From Candidatus Caldarchaeales archaeon (GTDB lineage: Archaea > Thermoproteota > Nitrososphaeria_A > Caldarchaeales > Calditenuaceae), in contig JAVVGN010000065.1 in NCBI GenBank assembly GCA_032249095.1, positions 1 to 10,428 of the forward strand: a stretch of 10,428 nucleotides of DNA. The letters are read 5' to 3'. Numbering within the stretch: position 1 is the first letter of the stretch; every line of letters starts with the position of its first letter. The notes under the pieces are model-generated. The model searched no databases. It saw nothing but the letters and a program-made list of their open reading frames with translations, and had not been told where the DNA came from. Positions 5,661-10,428 of the stretch are shown here, piece by piece. The translations under genes were made by a program, and so were the position numbers.

Positions 5661-7396
5661 GTCGCATCACTCATGGAGGTGACGAAGGACGACCCCCCCA
5701 CATTCTGAGTAATAATGAGGTTCACGCCGTCCGTCACAGGTATCCTCCCCGGCGTTATGAATAAGAACTGGACCGTCGGGTTGGCCTTAGCCATCTCCAC
5801 AAGTATCCTGGTCACCATCTCCCTGTTGAGTGGGTCGAGATGGACATCGAACTCGTCGACGGCCCTAATGGGCGACTTGACGTAGCTCTGGAGGGCGAGT
5901 AGGAAGGCGAGGGTCGAAACAACCCTCTCGCCGCCGCTGTGGGTCCTCGCGTCAACGAGGGTCGGCTCCATCCCCCTGAATCCCGCGAAGAGCTCCAGCC
6001 TGGCCGTAGGCGGATCGTCGAGCCCCCTGATCCTGATCATGCCCCGCCCCCCTACAGCCTCAAGAAGCCTCTGATAGACCGGGTTAATGTTCTCTAGGAT
6101 CTCCTCAAGCTTCTCCCTCCAGACCTGCCTCCTCCGCTCCACCTCCTCCAGAGCCCTCCTCACGTTCTCCTCTAGCTGCCTCGCCCTCGCCTCGACTTCC
6201 TTGAACCGCGAGTCGGCTAGGAAGAACATCGCCTCCGCATCGGGCGTCACCTTTCCTAGCGAGGCTATATTCAGGGTCACCATCTTCAGCTCCTCAAGGA
6301 TGTCGGAGGGCTCCCTAGTGGTCGGGACCTCCCCACCCCGCTGCCTCGCGGCCTCCCTCCTCTCCTCCAGCTCCCTCGAGAGGGACTCTATCTCCGACTG
6401 CGCCTCGGTTATCTCCCTCGACAGCTCTCCGATCCTGTAGCGCCTAATCCCCTCCTCGACCGAGACACTCACAAGCGAGTCTACGAGCTCCAGCACCTCC
6501 TCCGGGCTCCCGCCCCCATAGAGCCTTTCCCGAATCCCTCCCCTGAGGGCCCCCGCCTCCCGGCCAAGCCTCTCAGCCTCCTGCTCCAGGCCCTCCCTCT
6601 CCCTCAGGAGCCTCTCAAGAATACTCCTCTTCCTCTCGAGGCTCCTCAGGACTTGGTTGGCGAGGCTCCATGCATATTCCAGCTCGAGGCTGTTCTTCCG
6701 CTCCTCGAGGCTCCGGAGCTGCTGAAGCTTCTGGAGCTCCCTCCTCCAGTATTCGACCGCCTCCCCAGCCTCCGCCAGCAGCCTCTTGACAGAGGCCTCC
6801 TCAGACCTCAGGCTGTTGAGCCGCGCCTCTGCGTCCATAATCCTCTCCCTTAGGCTCGCGATCCCCACGGCGTCCTCCATGGCCCTGAGCTTCTCCACGT
6901 CATCCCTGGCCGCGAAGTTCTCGATCATGTTCTGGTGCATTATGATGAGGGCGTTGTTCGGGTTTATTCCGAGCCCCCGGAGAAGCTCCTCAAGCTCCGC
7001 CTTGGGGGTGAACCTATTGTTAACATAGTGCCAGTACTCCCCGTTCTTCTTGATGTAGCGCGTGATGGCGATCTCGTCGGACTTGATGTGCCTAAACGGC
7101 CTCTCACCGTTGACCGGCGAATTGTCAAGAATCACGGTGAGCCTCGCCGCCTCCTTACCCCTCCTGATCAGGTCGCTGAGCCTCGCCCCCCTCTCGGTGT
7201 AGGTCTGGCCAAGGGCCACCGCGAGGCCGAGGAGGATCGAGGATTTCCCGGAACCGTTGGGGCCCGTAATAACGTTGAGTCCCGGCTCGAGCCTAATCCT
7301 AGAGTACTCGTGGGACATGAAGTTTTCAAGTATGATCTCGCGTACGAAGGTCGGCCTTACACTCGTCTCAGCCTCGCCAAGCCGCGCCCTTGCCAA
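5657..7396 (-). CDS. Short hinge-less SMC-family ATPase with Smc5/6-like head motifs (archaea-specific SMC-related protein, possibly ClsN/coalescin- or Sph-like), 579 aa
   Basis: N-terminal head: FVREIILENFMSHEYSRIRLEPGLNVITGPNGSGKSSILLGLAVALG, with Walker A at 7238-7264. Q-loop: IIMHQNMIENF. About 130 aa of heptad-rich coiled coil lies on each side of a short apex (RLYGGGSPEE, ~6497-6526). Signature motif SGGE at 5927-5938. Walker B/D-loop VDEFDVHLD, with DEFD at 5846-5857. The H-loop position reads QFLFITPG. TTG at 7396 is the only possible start upstream of the conserved NFMSH strand. Confidence 0.85.
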   Translation of the reverse strand: MARARLGEAETSVRPTFVREIILENFMSHEYSRIRLEPGLNVITGPNGSGKSSILLGLAVALGQTYTERGARLSDLIRRGKEAARLTVILDNSPVNGERPFRHIKSDEIAITRYIKKNGEYWHYVNNRFTPKAELEELLRGLGINPNNALIIMHQNMIENFAARDDVEKLRAMEDAVGIASLRERIMDAEARLNSLRSEEASVKRLLAEAGEAVEYWRRELQKLQQLRSLEERKNSLELEYAWSLANQVLRSLERKRSILERLLREREGLEQEAERLGREAGALRGGIRERLYGGGSPEEVLELVDSLVSVSVEEGIRRYRIGELSREITEAQSEIESLSRELEERREAARQRGGEVPTTREPSDILEELKMVTLNIASLGKVTPDAEAMFFLADSRFKEVEARARQLEENVRRALEEVERRRQVWREKLEEILENINPVYQRLLEAVGGRGMIRIRGLDDPPTARLELFAGFRGMEPTLVDARTHSGGERVVSTLAFLLALQSYVKSPIRAVDEFDVHLDPLNREMVTRILVEMAKANPTVQFLFITPGRIPVTDGVNLIITQNVGGSSFVTSMSDAT

Positions 7397-7410
7397 TAAT
7401 CCCCGAGAAA

Positions 7411-7439
7411 AATCCTCCGGAGCCTCAATAAAGAGGATT
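7411..7439 (-). promoter_or_regulatory. Candidate promoter of the SMC-like operon: TATA-like TTTATT (complement of 7427-7432) bracketed by a 7-bp inverted repeat AATCCTC / GAGGATT
   Basis: The TATA-like element lies 31-36 nt upstream of the TTG start at 7396. The inverted-repeat arms at 7411-7417 and 7433-7439 were read directly. An adjacent bulged 8-bp hairpin lies at 7437-7463. Confidence 0.4.
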
Positions 7440-7526
7440 CCCCACCCCTCCGAAAGTGGGAATACGTCGGGATGACTCTGAGGAGGTACAGTTTAGGCGG
7501 CGGGGCTCGATGGGGAGGGGAAGGGA

Positions 7527-7560
7527 TTTAAAATAGGCTGCCCTATTCTTAGAAATAGGG
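7527..7560 (+). promoter_or_regulatory. Candidate promoter/operator of the 141-aa ORF: strong TATA box TTTAAAATA (7527-7535) followed by three AATAGG(G) half-sites, including the palindrome CCCTATT-N6-AATAGGG
   Basis: The TATA box ends 34 nt upstream of the ATG at 7569. Half-sites are AAATAGG (7531-7537), CCCTATT (7541-7547, inverted) and AAATAGGG (7553-7560). The palindrome covers the expected transcription start. Confidence 0.5.
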
Positions 7561-7568
7561 GGTTCATC

Positions 7569-7994
7569 ATGGAGATTGACGTCAAGACGGCGATCGAGAG
7601 GTTCAGGCTCTTCGTGATCTATAACACTTGCCTCTCCCACATACCGAAGGGCTATTTGAAGGATCCTACGATCTTTCCCGAGAGGGATGCCGACAAGGGC
7701 GAGATCTACGTCGAGGCGGCGAGTAAGATCGAGCTTGCGAGGATCAGGGATATACGGTTCGTGAAGGCCGCCGACATCCTAGGCGTCATATACAGGTCCA
7801 AGACCGGGAACACCAACCTGAAGTGGAGGCAGATTAGGGGGAATATTGGGAGGCTCACGGGTGTAGCCTCGCCAAACTCCATAGTGAACCTGCTTGAGGC
7901 TAAAGTCTTGACCAAGGAGTATATAGAGGAGTTTCTCCGGCATAAGTCGGCCGGCGCGAAGACGGAGGCCGAGAACACAGCGGCGAAGGTCTAG
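7569..7994 (+). CDS. Hypothetical protein, 141 aa, no family recognised
   Basis: ATG start with a good TATA box upstream. Codon usage (AGG Arg, ATA Ile, GC-rich third positions) matches neighbouring genes. No recognisable motif. The 3' end overlaps the convergent archaemetzincin gene by 4 nt. Confidence 0.55.
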   Translation: MEIDVKTAIERFRLFVIYNTCLSHIPKGYLKDPTIFPERDADKGEIYVEAASKIELARIRDIRFVKAADILGVIYRSKTGNTNLKWRQIRGNIGRLTGVASPNSIVNLLEAKVLTKEYIEEFLRHKSAGAKTEAENTAAKV

Positions 7995-8509
7995 GACAGC
8001 AGTCTCGACCTACAGGCCTTGCAGGGCTCGACACCCTTTAAGTCCGTGTCCTCGACTGTGTTGCTGAAGAACATGACGCACCGCGAGTCTACGCAGTGTC
8101 GGAGCCCGAGCAGGTGGCCGACCTCGTGGACGACCTCCTTCCTCAGCCTCTCTATGTATTTTGCCACGTCGGTTGTCCGGAGCCTGTAAACGGAGACGAC
8201 GGCCGTGTCCCTGAAGGCGAGGCCGAAGCAGTAGTTATACCTGTCGAAGTAGATGTCCAGCCCGGTGATGTGTAGTTGGAGGCCGTTCCAGGAGCCGTGT
8301 CTGGAGAGGCTTTGGACCGTCTTGTAGGCGTCGGCCTGCCTCCGGGCGGGGTTGATGCTCTTAGCCGCGGGGTCCTCCTCCAGCTCCTGCTCCTCGGTCC
8401 TCAGCCCGAGCACATCCTCAACCGCCCTCGCCGCTATCCTCCTCTCAGACCTGAGGCTCCCCGTGGAGGTGATCAGGACGCTCCCGCTCCTCGACAGCGA
8501 GGGCATCAA
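7991..8509 (-). CDS. amzA: Archaemetzincin (peptidase family M54 zinc metalloprotease)
   Basis: HEVGHLLGLRHC is the HExxHxxGxxH metzincin zinc site followed by Cys. It is followed by a Cys-rich second metal site, CVDSRCVMFF...CKAC. The ~170-aa length is typical. The track start is TTG at 8509; the adjacent ATG at 8504-8506 is the more likely start. Confidence 0.85.
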   Translation of the reverse strand: MMPSLSRSGSVLITSTGSLRSERRIAARAVEDVLGLRTEEQELEEDPAAKSINPARRQADAYKTVQSLSRHGSWNGLQLHITGLDIYFDRYNYCFGLAFRDTAVVSVYRLRTTDVAKYIERLRKEVVHEVGHLLGLRHCVDSRCVMFFSNTVEDTDLKGVEPCKACRSRLLS

Positions 8510-8531
8510 CTCTAGCTAATAATCCGACAAT

Positions 8532-8541
8532 CAAAAATATC
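8532..8541. promoter_or_regulatory. Single AT-rich TATA-like element CAAAAATATC, placed symmetrically between the divergent amzA and Fap7-like starts
   Basis: The element lies 26 nt from the GTG at 8566 on the plus strand and 26 nt from the ATG at 8506 on the minus strand. The whole intergenic spacer is only ~56-59 nt. Confidence 0.4.
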
Positions 8542-8565
8542 TTCCATCACCAGACCTCTAGGGCT

Positions 8566-9150
8566 GTGGCGCCGTCGGTATACATTTTAGCAGGTACGCC
8601 GGGTGTCGGGAAGTCCACGGTCTCGCGGGCCCTTGCGTCTAGGATGGGGGTGTGGCTGCTTGAGCTGGCCGACATAGTGGGGCCTAGGGCCGTGGAGGTC
8701 TCGGCGAGCGCCCTCTCGGCGCGGGCCGGCTCGATGATAAGGAGGGGTGGGAGAGACGCCGTAATAGCCACTCATATCGTCTTCAAGCCCCGCTCAATAC
8801 CTGTCCGGGCGGCTGTGGTTCTGAGGCGGGACCCCTACAGGCTTCTCGAGGAGCTGGCTATGCGAGGCTATCCCGAGGCCAAGGTGCTGGAGAACGTCGA
8901 GGCGGAGCTCCTCGGCATCGTCTACTGGGAGGCGCTATCGAGGTTCGGCGCTGGCAGGGTGTTCCAGATAGATACAACGGGGAGGGGGGGTGAGGAGGTT
9001 GTGGAGCTTGCCTACGAGGCTCTCACTGGTGGGTGGAGGGGTGAGGACATCGACTGGATAAGTAGGCTGGAGTCTGAGGGGAGGCTTGAAGGGCTCGTGA
9101 CAAGGCTCTCGACTAGGGGAAGAGCCTTAACGCACTACAGAGAGTCGTAG
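8566..9150 (+). CDS. Fap7 / adenylate kinase isoenzyme 6 (AK6)-like P-loop NTPase, 194 aa
   Basis: N-terminal P-loop ILAGTPGVGKSTVSRALA. The motif VVLRRDPYRLLEELAMRGYPEAKVLENVEAELLGIVYWEA matches the AK6/Fap7 pattern VLR.dp..L..RL..RGY...K..eN.e.Ei......EA. The size fits archaeal Fap7. GTG start. Confidence 0.75.
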   Translation: MAPSVYILAGTPGVGKSTVSRALASRMGVWLLELADIVGPRAVEVSASALSARAGSMIRRGGRDAVIATHIVFKPRSIPVRAAVVLRRDPYRLLEELAMRGYPEAKVLENVEAELLGIVYWEALSRFGAGRVFQIDTTGRGGEEVVELAYEALTGGWRGEDIDWISRLESEGRLEGLVTRLSTRGRALTHYRES

Positions 9151-10181
9151 ACGCGCACAGCCTCCCTCGCTATTGCATCAGCCATCTCGAGGGTGCTCGC
9201 AGTCCCCCCTAGGTCATAGGTCACCGTCTTGCCCTCGGCGATAACCTTCTCGGTCGCTGCGAAGATGCTTCTCGCGTGGCGCTGGAAGCCTAGGTACTCG
9301 AGCATCCAGGCCGCTGATAGGATCGTCGCGGTGGGGTTTACCTTGTACTGGCCCTTGTATTTGGGGGCGCTTCCGTGGGCCGGCTCGAACATGGCGTAAC
9401 GGTCGCCTATGTTGGCAGAGTAGACTAGCCCTATGTTGCCTATGAGGGATGAGCAGAGCTCGGAGATCACGTCCATGAATAGGTTGGTGCTTAGGAGGAC
9501 TGTCTGGTTGAAGCGCTGGGGGTTCTTGACGAGCTGCTGCGCCATGTTATCGATGTAATACTCCTCGAGCTCTATGCCGGGAAACTCTTTCGAGACGGCC
9601 TCAACTCCGCCCCAGAACATGCTGTCCGTCAGCCTCAGAATGTTTCTCTTAGTTATCGCTATCACTTTGCCATACCCCCGCCTCACAGCCTCTATGAAGG
9701 CGACACGCGCTATCCTCTCGGAACCGGTCCTAGTGATCTTCCTTATGGCGATCGCGGTGTTCTGGTCGAGTAGGGCCTCGGCTCCTATGTAGAGCCCCTC
9801 CGTGGCCTCCCTGACGCATAGAAAGTCCACCTCGCCCAGCGGCCCGACCCTGCCCTTAAAGGTCTTGATCGGCCTCAAGTTGGCGTATAGGTCCATCCTC
9901 CTCCTAATGTTGACCGCGACGCTCCCAGGAGCGTTTGGGTCGGGGGGTGTGGTGGTTGGGGCTTTGAGGCATGCGTCGCTGTTTAGTATGGCATCCCACG
10001 TCTCGGGCGGGATGAGGTTCGGGAGGGCTGGCCTCCCCGCTGATACCCACCACTCGTATCCCGCGTCGCACCTGACTACCTCCAGATCCGGCTTGAGGGC
10101 CTCGATAACCCTCAGCGCCGCCTCAGCGAGCTCGGGGCCAGTTCCATCCCCATTAATAACGACAACCCTCTTTCTACCCAA
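9135..10181 (-). CDS. Isocitrate/isopropylmalate dehydrogenase family protein (beta-decarboxylating dehydrogenase), 348 aa
   Basis: Family motifs in order: VVVINGDGTGPE, NIRRRMDLYANLRP, REATEGLY, ITKRNIL, YYIDNMAQQLVKNP, NLFMDVISE (variant of N-x-x-GD-I/Y-x-SD), FEPAHGSAPKYKG, NPTATILSAAWMLEYLG. TTG start at 10181 with a TATA-like TAAATA about 33 nt upstream. No leuCD or other pathway genes are present in the window, so substrate specificity is not assigned. Confidence 0.85.
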   Translation of the reverse strand: MGRKRVVVINGDGTGPELAEAALRVIEALKPDLEVVRCDAGYEWWVSAGRPALPNLIPPETWDAILNSDACLKAPTTTPPDPNAPGSVAVNIRRRMDLYANLRPIKTFKGRVGPLGEVDFLCVREATEGLYIGAEALLDQNTAIAIRKITRTGSERIARVAFIEAVRRGYGKVIAITKRNILRLTDSMFWGGVEAVSKEFPGIELEEYYIDNMAQQLVKNPQRFNQTVLLSTNLFMDVISELCSSLIGNIGLVYSANIGDRYAMFEPAHGSAPKYKGQYKVNPTATILSAAWMLEYLGFQRHARSIFAATEKVIAEGKTVTYDLGGTASTLEMADAIAREAVRVYDSL

Positions 10182-10375
10182 AGGCTTCTCCCAAATAGGC
10201 GCGAACAGCCATGCTATTTAGGCTTAAACTTTTCTTGCCTTGTGGCTTAATTCCTGGACTCTTTCGCCTCTCTTCGCTACCTTTTGGCGATTCCTGTGAC
10301 GTTTTCCGGCTCTCGTCTCAGATTCCCTATATCCTTTCGCCTCAAGGCCTATTGCCATGCCTCCACTCCTCTCCC

Positions 10376-10428
10376 ATGATGAGCTACTGGAAGAGGGTCG
10401 ATGAGAGGCTAATTAAGCGTGGCATGCT
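10376..10428 (+). CDS. 5' end (17 codons, truncated by the window edge) of a transposase-like ORF, IS5/IS4-superfamily-like N-terminus
   Basis: MMSYWKRVDERLIKRGM resembles the common N-terminal W..Y(N/D)..L(V/I).RG motif of archaeal IS5-type DDE transposases. It is preceded by ~150 nt of lower-GC, CT-rich non-coding DNA containing short direct repeats. Very little sequence is available. Confidence 0.3.
   Translation, partial: MMSYWKRVDERLIKRGM

Noticed and set aside
5657-7396. Alternative identities for the SMC-like ATPase: Rad50, canonical Smc, or Wadjet JetC
   Set aside because: For Rad50: there is no CxxC zinc hook and no adjacent Mre11/NurA/HerA. For canonical Smc: there is no hinge domain and the protein is half the length. 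For a Wadjet-type defence system: there is no JetD/Toprim nuclease gene in the operon, and the arms are far shorter than JetC. A defence role is not excluded, but the specific Wadjet call is unsupported.
6087-7475. Plus-strand ORFs antisense to the SMC-like gene (6087-6440, 6653-6853, 6786-7028, 6935-7399, 7257-7475), and minus-strand ORFs 5161-5439 and 5174-5395 inside the kleisin-like gene
   Set aside because: These have low-complexity Ser/Leu/Pro-rich translations. They are explained by the antisense of Glu/Arg/Leu-rich coiled-coil codons (GAG/CTC, AGG/CCT), and none has an independent promoter or motif.
7425-7640. 71-aa minus-strand ORF crossing the 7397-7568 control region
   Set aside because: It overlaps the start of the better-supported 141-aa plus-strand gene and the TATA/palindrome elements, and has no motif.
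7531-10199. Shared 8-mer AAATAGGC in two promoter regions (7531-7538, and 10192-10199 upstream of the dehydrogenase gene, which also has an AAATAG / CTATTT inverted pair at 10192-10197 and 10214-10219)
   Set aside because: An 8-mer recurring once in ~10 kb of two-strand sequence is near chance expectation, especially within AT-rich TATA-like contexts. It is not enough to propose a common regulator without a genome-wide motif count.
8547-10221. Antisense ORFs within the Fap7-like gene (8547-8771, 8587-8775) and the dehydrogenase gene (9574-9792, 9802-10221), and 8276-8515 within amzA
   Set aside because: They lie within genes that have clear family motifs on the other strand, and their translations are low-complexity.
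10376-10428. C/D-box sRNA-like motifs (ATGATGA at 10376-10382 and GATGAG at 10403-10408); also ATGATGA at 6942-6948
   Set aside because: No CTGA D/D' boxes occur at the required 10-12 nt spacing, and there is no terminal stem. The first site is better explained as the start of a transposase ORF, and the second lies inside the SMC-like gene.
1-10428. Composite transposon formed by the two flanking IS-related sequences
   Set aside because: The two ends appear to belong to different IS families (IS110-like DEDD versus IS5-type DDE). One is degenerate, and the cargo consists of ordinary housekeeping-type genes with host-like composition.
1-10428. CRISPR arrays, tRNA or rRNA genes
   Set aside because: There are no regularly spaced repeats beyond the two-unit tandem at 52-111. 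No cloverleaf-compatible segments or T-loop (GTTCRAATC-like) motifs were seen in the non-coding regions on either strand.

Overview
This window looks like a chromosomal segment from a high-GC hyperthermophilic crenarchaeon. That is an inference from AGG/ATA-rich codon usage, TATA-like boxes 24-35 nt upstream of start codons with little or no leader, 4-nt start/stop overlaps, and archaemetzincin and Fap7-type kinase genes. The left ~1.4 kb is visibly lower in GC. It carries a disrupted IS110-family (DEDD) recombinase gene (115-976, minus strand), a tandem repeat in its 3' flank, and ~490 nt of unexplained non-coding DNA (977-1466). The rest of the window contains, in order: a 942-aa Lhr-type superfamily-2 helicase (1467-4295, +); a translationally coupled three-gene operon on the minus strand (7396 down to 4288); a divergently transcribed 141-aa orphan ORF (7569-7994, +); archaemetzincin (7991-8509, -); a Fap7/AK6-like P-loop kinase (8566-9150, +); an isocitrate/isopropylmalate dehydrogenase family gene (9135-10181, -); and the first 17 codons of another transposase-like ORF at the right edge (10376-10428, +). 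The operon encodes a short, hinge-less SMC-like ATPase (579 aa), a kleisin-like protein (249 aa) and a tandem winged-helix kite-like protein (208 aa). It is the most interesting item: its head motifs resemble eukaryotic Smc6 and the kite resembles the Nse3/MAGE homology domain, so it may be a minimal archaeal SMC5/6-like complex. Other items worth a look are the IS110-like element with a long non-coding end (bridge/seek RNA candidate), a structured divergent control region at 7397-7568, and a single TATA element shared by two divergent genes. I found no rRNA, tRNA or CRISPR array. Most ORF-track starts are GTG/TTG at the longest possible ORF, so true starts may lie downstream. All protein-family calls rest on motif recognition by eye and need profile searches to confirm.
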